DNA from: a virus
Taxonomy: Duplodnaviria > Caudoviricetes
IMG/VR virus record: IMGVR_UViG_3300032329_000263
Location: 1-37,835 of that record
Reading direction: 5' to 3' (one strand)
Length of the DNA stretch: 37,835 nucleotides
Part shown: piece by piece, positions 7,577 through 14,793 of the stretch
How positions within the stretch are numbered: the stretch's first letter is position 1
Layout: each line of letters begins with the position of its first letter
Notes under the pieces: generated by a model
Databases searched by the model: none
What the model was told of the DNA's origin: nothing
What the model saw: the letters and a program-made list of their open reading frames with translations, nothing else
Made by a program: the position numbers and the translations under genes

Positions 7577-9100
7577 TCAGGCTCCAAGCCACGAAGTTGA
7601 AATTCCTGCGCCAGAGTACCCCTTGCGCGGGTTGCGGTCAACCGTTTCGCGGTGAGCAACGGGAAACGCGAACGTAACCGCTATGGCGTCGGCGGCGTCG
7701 GGCGAGGCTAGTCCCCTCGACTTCATGTCTTTTTTGCTTTCGAGGAAGATCGTCCCTCTTGAATCCGGCTTCATAAGGGGTCCAATCAGATCGCTCTTCA
7801 AGTAGCGGTCGCTTGGGATGCTCGCCGTCTTCAGCCATTCGCGCATCTCTCCCCACATCTCCGCACGCTTGTTTCCCCACATGAGCGGGTTCTTCGACTT
7901 GGACCCGAAGTTCACGCCCCGGATCTTATACCGCTGTTCCTTCAGCCGGTCTACGACGCCCGCCCCCAGCCCGCCCTCGTCCACGACGACCATGGCTGGC
8001 TTGTACTCCTCGATGGCCTCAATGACCCGTCCCACGGTCTCCATGGTGTCGTCGCCCTTGTGCCGCTTGATCGCGATGATGTCGCGCCCCTGCCGCACGG
8101 CGATGACCGTGCTGTCGGACCCGAACCGCGCCGGGTCCACGCCGATCACGATGGGGGCCGACTGGTCCTTGACCCGCTCACGTTTCATCGCCTCGTCCAC
8201 GGTCAGCGATCCGATGAACTGGTCGTCCGATGCGTTCGGGAACTGACCGTACACCTCGACGTGCGCCTGGCTGCTGTCCGCGCCGTACTCGTCAATGATC
8301 TGCTGATAGACCTGCTTGTCGGTCCCCTCGACCGACCGGGCGTCCACGATCTTGTTGCGCCAGAAGTCCCGTTTGGAGTTGAAGCACTCGTAGAAGTACC
8401 CGCTGTTGCGGCGCGGGTTGGAGAACGCCAGCCAGAAGCGGTTGGGCGTGTTCTCGGTAAAGAACCCCGCCGCTACCGACCAAATAGAGTCGTCGATGCC
8501 CGACGCCTCGTCGAATACCAGCATGACGCCCGCCATGTTGTGCACGCCCGCGTACGAGTCGGGGTTCTCCGCAGACCACAGCCGCCCCTCAACGCCCCAG
8601 TAGCGCGTGCCCATCTTGAGGTCGCGCTCGACCAGTTCGGTCAGCCACTTGGCTGGCATCAGCCGCGTGGCGCTCACCTCGAACCAGTGGCTGTTGAGGG
8701 ACATGCTGAGCCACTTGGTGATCTCCGCCCAGGTGACCGAGCGCAGCTGCGCCTCCGAGTTGGCCGACACGATTACCGACCCGCCGATGCGGGTGCTCAG
8801 CATCCAGATGACCAGCCAGCTCACCAGCGCCGACTTGCCGATGCCGCGCCCCGACGAGGTCGCCATCCTGAACGTGTCGTAGTCAATCTTGCCGTCGTTG
8901 GCCTTGATCGCCTCGCCTAGCTCGCGCAGCACCTCGCGCTGCCACTTGCGCGGGCCGGTGAAGTGCTCAAGCGGCGTCCCCTTCGCGCCCCACGGGAACG
9001 TCAGCAATACGAACGCCAGCGGGTCGTTCTTGATCTGCTTCGACCAGAGACGGCTCATCAAGAGCATCTCTTCGTCTGCCGTGTATTGAGTCGTCTGCAA
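7577..9100 (-). CDS. terL: Terminase large subunit
   Basis: Walker A SGRGIGKS, Walker B LVFDEA, RNase H-like nuclease IGVDPARFGSD and SPDAADA; TTG start with GAGG RBS. Confidence 0.93.
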   Translation of the reverse strand: MQTTQYTADEEMLLMSRLWSKQIKNDPLAFVLLTFPWGAKGTPLEHFTGPRKWQREVLRELGEAIKANDGKIDYDTFRMATSSGRGIGKSALVSWLVIWMLSTRIGGSVIVSANSEAQLRSVTWAEITKWLSMSLNSHWFEVSATRLMPAKWLTELVERDLKMGTRYWGVEGRLWSAENPDSYAGVHNMAGVMLVFDEASGIDDSIWSVAAGFFTENTPNRFWLAFSNPRRNSGYFYECFNSKRDFWRNKIVDARSVEGTDKQVYQQIIDEYGADSSQAHVEVYGQFPNASDDQFIGSLTVDEAMKRERVKDQSAPIVIGVDPARFGSDSTVIAVRQGRDIIAIKRHKGDDTMETVGRVIEAIEEYKPAMVVVDEGGLGAGVVDRLKEQRYKIRGVNFGSKSKNPLMWGNKRAEMWGEMREWLKTASIPSDRYLKSDLIGPLMKPDSRGTIFLESKKDMKSRGLASPDAADAIAVTFAFPVAHRETVDRNPRKGYSGAGISTSWLGA

Positions 9101-9512
9101 GGCTCTGTTCCTCTATGACGGTGTACACGCCCTCAATCATGCGCCGTTCGGCCATCTCAAGCGCGCCCGTGATGCTGATGCGCTGCTCCACATCCACGCT
9201 GATCTGCTGCTTCGCCACCCAGCCGTGGACGTGTTTCAGGATCTCTAGCGCCGCCTTGGCGTCGCCGCCTGCGGCTGCGTCGTGCAAGACCGACGAGATT
9301 TCCATCTCGCCGTCCGCGCGGCCCTTCAGTTCGGCCAGTTCGGCCAGTGGGTCAAATTGGCATAATTGGCGGTACTCCGCCGGGAGCAAGCCAGACGCCA
9401 GCGCCAAGGTGTCGCCCTTTAGACCTTTACGTGCGGCCGCATAGATCGCGTCAAGACGCGCCTCGGTCGCGGTGAGTTTGCGCGGTTCGTGGGGAATGGA
9501 ATGCCAGCTCAT
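8967..9512 (-). CDS. terS: Terminase small subunit (putative)
   Basis: Directly upstream of terL; HTH-like N-terminus, GDAKAALEILK motif. Confidence 0.65.
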   Translation of the reverse strand: MSWHSIPHEPRKLTATEARLDAIYAAARKGLKGDTLALASGLLPAEYRQLCQFDPLAELAELKGRADGEMEISSVLHDAAAGGDAKAALEILKHVHGWVAKQQISVDVEQRISITGALEMAERRMIEGVYTVIEEQSLADDSIHGRRRDALDEPSLVEADQERPAGVRIADVPVGREGDAA

Positions 9513-9750
9513 AGCTGTTTTTTATAAATTAAAAAAAAGTTTGTGCAAACCCTTCGTGACCGGTGACCGGCGCGGCTCGGCCCTCCCCCCCGCCCGGCGC
9601 TCATTTTAAGTATTGCTGCCCTGTCTGAGCATGACGACCCAAGCTGAGTATTGTAACTCATTTTAGGTTTGATAACCCATCACAAGCGCAGTCACCGGCC
9701 CGCGCCCTGCCGACAGCCATGAGCAATGCCCAGACCGCCAACGCGCCAGG

Positions 9751-9813
9751 CGAGCACGTCGAGCGCGTCGAGCGCGTCGAGCGCGTCGAGCACGTCGAGC
9801 ACGTCGAGCACGT
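9751..9813. repeat. Tandem 9-bp repeat CGAGCRCGT x7
   Basis: cgagcacgt, 3x cgagcgcgt, 3x cgagcacgt read directly. Confidence 0.95.
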
Positions 9814-9817
9814 CAGC

Positions 9818-9953
9818 CATTGGCAGTTTGGGCAATCGGTCAGCCATGGGCAGTTTAGGCAATTGGCCGGGCAGGCGGTCGGCATTGGCAGTTTGGGCAG
9901 TCGTGGAATCATTGGCAGTTTGGGCGATTGCAGAATCATTGGCAGTTTGGGCA
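9818..9953. repeat. Iteron-like 17-bp repeats CATTGGCAGTTTGGGCA x5
   Basis: Copies at 9818, 9845, 9883, 9910, 9937 (spacing 27, 38, 27, 27; 0-2 mismatches). Confidence 0.9.
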
Positions 9954-10385
9954 GTCGCGGAACCGGAGCGCATTGGGTTTTCTGGCGCAGCGCCAGCGCC
10001 AGGGAGCGAATCATTGTCATCGCTTGGGCAGTGGTTGGGCAACTATTTTAGGGGCATGACCCATGCTTAAGTTGCTGATTTTAAAACAAAAAGGTTTGTT
10101 TTTAGGCTCATTGGCAATTCTCGCGGGGGGGGTCGCAAACTTGCGGGGGATTTGGCGCGCGCCACGTTGCGGGGCGTGTGGGAAATCCCACACTGTAGGA
10201 TTTACCCTATATTATTACACCTAATTAAAGTCCAAGATATCCATTACCTATAATGCCAATCCCTCTACAATTTCGGGCGTTATCAGACACTTGCGCGACA
10301 TTTCAAAACCGCCCAACCGCTGCCCAACCATTGCCAATCCATGACCCAGACGTTTCAAAACGGGCATCAAAATTCTTTTTGAGCC

Positions 10386-10430
10386 ATCTGCAAAACATCT
10401 ATTGACGACAGCGCGCCGCGTCACTAAGTC
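10386..10430 (+). promoter_or_regulatory. Early promoter P1
   Basis: ATCTGCAA-N8-TTGACG-N17-TAAGTC upstream of first early gene. Confidence 0.55.
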
Positions 10431-10466
10431 AAAGGCATCGGCAAACGGGAAACGGGAGCACAGCAC

Positions 10467-10670
10467 ATGACATACGCAACTGACGGCAAGTGCCACAACA
10501 GCAATCCTGGCACATTCGGCCACGAATGCGGCAAGCCCGCGCAATTCATCGGCACAAGCCCGAGCGGCTTTCGTTTTGGCTATTGCGTCAAGTGCCGCGC
10601 GACGGGGGCGGAAGCGCGTCAATGCGTCAAGTGGGAACCAGCGCCGACGCAGTCGGACCGCGCCGCCTGA
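10467..10670 (+). CDS. Small Cys-rich early protein (67 aa)
   Basis: GGGAG RBS; C..(HEC)..CVKC possible Zn ligands. Confidence 0.7.
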   Translation: MTYATDGKCHNSNPGTFGHECGKPAQFIGTSPSGFRFGYCVKCRATGAEARQCVKWEPAPTQSDRAA

Positions 10671-10734
10671 CGACGACGCAAGTCTAAGCCGCGCGCCAGC
10701 AACGGGCGCGGCTTATGCGAGCGCCTTCGCTCGA
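10664..10734 (+). repeat. Intergenic double-hairpin element type A, copy 1
   Basis: cgacgcaagtctaagc-[variable stem-loop]-gcttatgcgagcgccttcgctcga; shared with 11428-11490. Confidence 0.9.
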
Positions 10735-10750
10735 CAAGGGGACAAAGCAC

Positions 10751-10843
10751 ATGAAGACCATTTTCTCAGATATCATCGACGCCCTGGCGGCCGCGGCATT
10801 TGTCGCTGGCGTGATCTGCATCGCCATCGCGCTAAATCCGTAA
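10751..10843 (+). CDS. Small hydrophobic membrane peptide (30 aa)
   Basis: MKTIFSDIIDALAAAAFVAGVICIAIALNP after AAGGGGACAAAGCAC-ATG start motif. Confidence 0.6.
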   Translation: MKTIFSDIIDALAAAAFVAGVICIAIALNP

Positions 10844-10845
10844 AG

Positions 10846-10879
10846 ATCACGAAAGCGTGATTAATCACAAAAACGTGAT
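10846..10879. promoter_or_regulatory. Tandem palindromic operator-like sites ATCAC-N6-GTGAT x2
   Basis: atcacgaaagcgtgat (10846-10861) and atcacaaaaacgtgat (10864-10879), upstream of P2. Confidence 0.5.
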
Positions 10880-10892
10880 GGCTGACGGCCCG

Positions 10893-10938
10893 ATCTGCAA
10901 CAGAAAGATTGACAGCCGCGCAAAGCATTGGATAAGGT
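10893..10938 (+). promoter_or_regulatory. Early promoter P2
   Basis: ATCTGCAA-N8-TTGACA-N18-TAAGGT; same upstream octamer and spacing as P1. Confidence 0.55.
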
Positions 10939-10983
10939 GACCAAGTCGGCGCAAGATCGCGCCGCGCAAAACGGGGAAAAAAC

Positions 10984-11163
10984 ATGTACGCACTCGAGAC
11001 ACTGCAATCAGACGGCACCTGGCTGACAGTCGATCGCAATGGTGCTGTCAAGACGTTCGCGACAGCGGCCGACGCCACGCGCTTCGCTGAGACCGAACTC
11101 TACGCCCAGCGCGGGCTGTTTTACAGGCACAAGCGCGGCGTCTGGCGCGTCGTCGCCGCCTGA
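10984..11163 (+). CDS. Small early protein (59 aa)
   Basis: Manual translation MYALETLQSDGTWLTVDRNGAVKTFATAADATRFAETELYAQRGLFYRHKRGVWRVVAA; GGGG RBS; stop abuts element B1. Confidence 0.7.
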   Translation: MYALETLQSDGTWLTVDRNGAVKTFATAADATRFAETELYAQRGLFYRHKRGVWRVVAA

Positions 11164-11231
11164 CGCTGACGCGCTAAGGACGGCCCACGGGCCGTCTCAT
11201 AGCGCGCCAGATGGGCGACGCAACACGGGAG
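11157..11231 (+). repeat. Intergenic double-hairpin element type B, copy 1
   Basis: 46 bp (11166-11211) identical to 12189-12234, followed by caacacgggag RBS. Confidence 0.9.
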
Positions 11232-11239
11232 CAAAGCAC

Positions 11240-11434
11240 ATGTCTAACGAAATCCTGAGCTACACGATCAGCAACGCAATCTCCGGCGCGGTCCTCGGCG
11301 TTTACGAAGGCACGTCGAAAGATGACGCGCTCGACACGATGGCGCGCGACGCGGGATACGAAGATTATTTTGACGCCTGCGAATCCGGCTTTGACGGTGA
11401 CGACTTGATCGTGACTGAAGTCACTGACGCCTGA
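11240..11434 (+). CDS. Small acidic early protein (64 aa)
   Basis: MSNEILSY...DALDTMARDAGYEDY...; GGGAG RBS; very D/E-rich. Confidence 0.75.
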   Translation: MSNEILSYTISNAISGAVLGVYEGTSKDDALDTMARDAGYEDYFDACESGFDGDDLIVTEVTDA

Positions 11435-11490
11435 CGACGCAAGTCTAAGCTGGCGCACAAGCGCCAGCTTATGCGAGCGCCTTCGCTCGA
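11428..11490 (+). repeat. Intergenic double-hairpin element type A, copy 2
   Basis: Same constant arms as 10664-10734 with a different but fully paired inner stem (tggcgc-acaa-gcgcca). Confidence 0.9.
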
Positions 11491-11507
11491 TAGGGGAGAA
11501 CCACACC

Positions 11508-12182
11508 ATGCTTAAGGTCACACTTTCTATCCGCGCTCTGCGCGCCGTCCTGGTCGCTGTCGGCACCGAAGAGACGCGGTACTATCTGAACGGCATCAAC
11601 CTCGAATTCACGCCCGATGGCGTGATTATGGCAGCCACAGACGGGCACCGCATGATCGTGCTGCGCCAGCCGTACGGCGAGCATGGCGCGACAGCGGCGC
11701 ACGCAAGCGTCATCGTGCCGCGCGATTTGGTGGCCAAGCTCAAGATCAAGCTCAAGACGCTTGACACGACCGACCTGACGATCGGCGACGATGGCAAGCT
11801 GACGTTTGAACATGCGGGCGAGTCGTTCGGCGGGTCTCGCATCGACGGCAGCTTTCCCGACTACCGGCGCATCGTGCCGCAGGATCTGGATGGCAAGCCT
11901 GCGCAGTATAATCCGCAATATCTGGCCGACTTCGCCAAGGCCAGGCAGGAGCTGACCGGCCAGAGGGCCGACCGCGACGGCAAAACCAGCCCCATCGTGC
12001 GCTACAATGGCGGCAGCCCGGCGGTCGTCGACTTCGCGTATGAAACCGGCTTCAACGCGTTCGGCATCATCATGCCGCTGCGCACGACCGACCGCACGCT
12101 CTACTATTCGTGGGCGAGCGCGCCAGCCGCAGCATGGCCCGCAGATGCCGCGCCAGCGGCAACGGACGCCGCAGCGGCGTAA
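11508..12182 (+). CDS. DNA polymerase III beta-clamp-like protein (truncated, about two domains)
   Basis: ETRYYLNGINLE, MAATDGHRM, IDGSFPDYRRIVP and IIMPLR match hallmark DnaN motifs. Confidence 0.8.
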   Translation: MLKVTLSIRALRAVLVAVGTEETRYYLNGINLEFTPDGVIMAATDGHRMIVLRQPYGEHGATAAHASVIVPRDLVAKLKIKLKTLDTTDLTIGDDGKLTFEHAGESFGGSRIDGSFPDYRRIVPQDLDGKPAQYNPQYLADFAKARQELTGQRADRDGKTSPIVRYNGGSPAVVDFAYETGFNAFGIIMPLRTTDRTLYYSWASAPAAAWPADAAPAATDAAAA

Positions 12183-12188
12183 CCCTAC

Positions 12189-12254
12189 CTGACGCGCTAA
12201 GGACGGCCCACGGGCCGTCTCATAGCGCGCCAGAGGGGCGCGTCAACACGGGAG
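12189..12254 (+). repeat. Intergenic double-hairpin element type B, copy 2
   Basis: Identical 46-bp core to B1, then ggggcgcgtcaacacgggag. Confidence 0.9.
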
Positions 12255-12260
12255 AACGAC

Positions 12261-12545
12261 ATGAAAAGCACATCACCACACGGCTGGTCCAACTTCGCGA
12301 CATGGCGCACCTTCGCGCGCGTCTTCGCCGACTTCGACCTGCGCGACTGGCTCAGGGGCGCCGGCAGCCCAATGGTCAGCCTGCAAGACTACATGCACGC
12401 GGTCGCGCTCGAGCACATCGAGACGCACATCGAATCGGCTCTGGTGCGCGACTTCGCCTATGAAATGTTTTCGGACGTAAACTGGCAGGAGCTGGCCGAC
12501 CACGTCTTGGACGCCGCGCAGCACGACCAGCAACAGGGGGAATGA
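12261..12545 (+). CDS. Acidic early protein, paralogue 1
   Basis: HGWSNFATWR...DVNWQELA motif. Confidence 0.75.
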   Translation: MKSTSPHGWSNFATWRTFARVFADFDLRDWLRGAGSPMVSLQDYMHAVALEHIETHIESALVRDFAYEMFSDVNWQELADHVLDAAQHDQQQGE

Positions 12546-12546
12546 C

Positions 12547-12831
12547 ATGCCTAGACACAACGGATACGCGAACTACAGCACTTGGCGCGTCAAAGTTGAC
12601 GTGTTCAAAGATTTTGACTTGGACGACTGGTGTCTCGACATGCTCGACAGTGTCGAGCTGGCTGGATGGATGCGCGACCACACTCGCGAAATCATCGAAG
12701 AAGACGCAAGCGAAGGCATAGCGCGGCTTTACGCAAAGCTGTTCCTCGCCGACGTGGACTGGCAGGAGCTGGCGCAGACCGCGCGAGACGAATACGCGGC
12801 CAATAACGAGCAACAGGAGCTTGACGTATGA
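12547..12831 (+). CDS. Acidic early protein, paralogue 2
   Basis: NGYANYSTWR...DVDWQELA; same length (94 aa) as preceding gene. Confidence 0.75.
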   Translation: MPRHNGYANYSTWRVKVDVFKDFDLDDWCLDMLDSVELAGWMRDHTREIIEEDASEGIARLYAKLFLADVDWQELAQTARDEYAANNEQQELDV

Positions 12832-12938
12832 TGCACCTTGCCATCGCCGTCGTGCTGTTCGTCGTCATTCCGTTCGCGCTAGTCGGCGCGGCGTCACTTT
12901 GGGAGCACCTGTCTGATGACGACGACACGCTACGCTGA
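12828..12938 (+). CDS. Small membrane peptide (36 aa)
   Basis: MMHLAIAVVLFVVIPFALVGAASLWEHLSDDDDTLR; AGGAG RBS; ATGA overlap. Confidence 0.6.
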   Translation: MMHLAIAVVLFVVIPFALVGAASLWEHLSDDDDTLR

Positions 12939-13110
12939 CGAGACGCGCACCGCGACGCACCGCGGTCGTGTCGTCGGCTATTATGCCCGCGCCATGCCGC
13001 CGACGACAGGCGCACGCGCCTGGCGCGGCGTGACGACCGCAGGGACGCTGGTGTACGCGGCCACGGCCCGCGACATCGTCCAGGCGCTGCGGGAGGCGGT
13101 CACATCATGA
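12916..13110 (+). CDS. Hypothetical protein (64 aa)
   Basis: GGGAG RBS; ATGA coupling to next gene. Confidence 0.55.
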   Translation: MTTTRYADETRTATHRGRVVGYYARAMPPTTGARAWRGVTTAGTLVYAATARDIVQALREAVTS

Positions 13111-13562
13111 CGGACTGGATCGCTCACTATGCGGCCGTGAAAGCGAGAATAGCTGCCGGGCGGCCACGCCCGACAGCACCACCGGCACCGGCACCCGAGC
13201 CGGTGCCGGCAATCCAAGCCCTGCCGATGGTACGCTTAAAGGCACCACAACCCAAACCGCGCGCGCCACGGGCATCAGCCAGGCAGGCGCGCAAGGACCG
13301 CGCAGCAGCACGCGCGGCGCGCTACAGCCTGACGCAGGAGCAGATCAAGACCATGTGCGCCGACATCCTGACGGCGCACGATGTCACATGGCTGACTGTC
13401 ACCGGACGCTCGACGAGCGCCGCGCTCATCCGGCCACGGCTGGAGATCTACCGACGCTTGCTCGCCCTTGGCTGGAGCTACTCAGCCATTGGGCGCGCTT
13501 GCAATCGCGACCACACCACAATAATTTATTACGTTGAAAAATGGGGCAAAACAGATGAATAA
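13107..13562 (+). CDS. DnaA C-terminal (domain IV)-like HTH protein 1
   Basis: LIRPR...WSYSAIGRACNRDHTTIIY matches DnaA SLPxIGxxFGxRDHTTVxH. Confidence 0.75.
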   Translation: MTDWIAHYAAVKARIAAGRPRPTAPPAPAPEPVPAIQALPMVRLKAPQPKPRAPRASARQARKDRAAARAARYSLTQEQIKTMCADILTAHDVTWLTVTGRSTSAALIRPRLEIYRRLLALGWSYSAIGRACNRDHTTIIYYVEKWGKTDE

Positions 13563-13998
13563 GCACAAGCCGACGACCGCAACAGCAACAGCACCCGCAA
13601 CGCATCCTGCCGCGCAGGCTGCGCCGCTGACGATTGAACAGACGCTTGAACAGCGCGAGATCACGCACGGCGACTTCGCCGACGTGGCGAGCTACGCGCA
13701 GCTTCTGAAGGACATCCTGCGCGAGTCAATGGGCTACATTCGCATGAACGACGCGCAGCGCGAGGCGTGCGAGGCGTGGCTCATGAAGACCGCGCGCCTG
13801 ATAGCTGGCGACGTGGATCACATCGACCACGCGCACGACATCGCCGGTTACGCGACGCTCTACGTGCGGGCTTGCGGAGCACGCCGGGCCGAGCAGGCCG
13901 CCAACGAAGCCACAGCAGCGATGGAAGCCGCGCTGGCTGCGCCGCGCTACGAGGCTGGCGACGTGACCGTGACGCTAACCGGCGGCGCAGCGGCGTGA
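13555..13998 (+). CDS. DUF6378-like protein (nucleotide pyrophosphohydrolase-related helical fold, putative)
   Basis: LEQREITHGDF...QREA...KTARLIAGDVDHIDHAHDIAGYATL motif. Confidence 0.6.
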   Translation: MNKHKPTTATATAPATHPAAQAAPLTIEQTLEQREITHGDFADVASYAQLLKDILRESMGYIRMNDAQREACEAWLMKTARLIAGDVDHIDHAHDIAGYATLYVRACGARRAEQAANEATAAMEAALAAPRYEAGDVTVTLTGGAAA

Positions 13999-14327
13999 AG
14001 CCGCATGCGACACGGGCGGCGTTCGAGCGCCTGAAGGCCGAGGCGTGCGCTGAGTGCGAGATCGACCCGACGACGTTCGACAGCCCGTCCCGTGTCGCGG
14101 CCGCCAGCACCGCCAGGCACCTCGCTTGGTGGCGTGCGCGGGACCGCCTGACCGTGTCGTACCCGCAGCTGGGCGCATGGTCAGGCGGGCGCGACCCGAC
14201 GACGGTGTGGCACGGCGTGCACTCGCTGGACGCTTGGTTGAACGGGCGGCCATTCGAGGACGGCCTGCGCAAGCGCACGCGAGCGCGGGAGCACTATCAA
14301 GCAAAGAAAGCAAGGGGCGAGATATGA
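13995..14327 (+). CDS. DnaA C-terminal (domain IV)-like HTH protein 2
   Basis: GTG start overlapping upstream TGA; ARHLAWW...SYPQLGAWSGGRDPTTVWHG. Confidence 0.7.
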   Translation: MKPHATRAAFERLKAEACAECEIDPTTFDSPSRVAAASTARHLAWWRARDRLTVSYPQLGAWSGGRDPTTVWHGVHSLDAWLNGRPFEDGLRKRTRAREHYQAKKARGEI

Positions 14328-14548
14328 GGGACATTCTGGAACGACTGCAAGGCTTAGTCGGCGTCTACATCGGTGACGCATACATCGACGACGACATTTT
14401 GGACGCTAAGGATGAGATCACGCGCTTGCGGGAGGCATTACTTTTGGCTGACGCGGTTTTAAACGGGGCGAACATGAACATGAAAGTGGTGAAGAGAAAA
14501 ATCCGCGTCGCGCTTAAGGGGGCGAAGAAAACAAGGGGCGAGATATGA
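14324..14548 (+). CDS. Hypothetical protein (74 aa) flanked by 28-bp direct repeats
   Basis: MRDILERL...AKDEITRLREAL; ATGA overlaps at both ends. Confidence 0.65.
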   Translation: MRDILERLQGLVGVYIGDAYIDDDILDAKDEITRLREALLLADAVLNGANMNMKVVKRKIRVALKGAKKTRGEI

Positions 14549-14793
14549 GCAATTACACCGCACCGACGCGCCATCCGGTCACGGGCGCGATTGAAATGGC
14601 CGACTGGCTGGACGACCACGACGGCAAGCACCGCTACGGCGTGCGGTTTCCCTCTGATGGCAAGATTTACGGTAGCAGAGAGTGTTTTGAGTGTACGTGG
14701 CCGGATTTATTGGCCGAGATTGAACGGCTGCGGGCGGAGTTAGCACTGGCGCACGTCACGCTAGGTGACCAGACATGGGGGCGCGAGCGATGA
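14545..14793 (+). CDS. Hypothetical protein (82 aa)
   Basis: Coupled ORF with RBS; WLDDHDGKHRYGVRF motif. Confidence 0.65.
   Translation: MSNYTAPTRHPVTGAIEMADWLDDHDGKHRYGVRFPSDGKIYGSRECFECTWPDLLAEIERLRAELALAHVTLGDQTWGRER

Noticed and set aside
9818-9953. Mini CRISPR array
   Set aside because: Repeats are 17 bp and spacers only 10-21 bp and partly similar to each other; no cas operon.
9658-10070. Four overlapping ORFs across the repeat region
   Set aside because: Low-complexity translations of 9- and 27-bp periodic repeats; no convincing RBS.
10664-11490. Hammerhead ribozyme (CTGACGA matches CUGANGA)
   Set aside because: No GAAA after the following stem and no stem I/III with an NUH site could be built; canonical integron attC is also unsupported (no RYYYAAC/GTTRRRY ends, no integrase).
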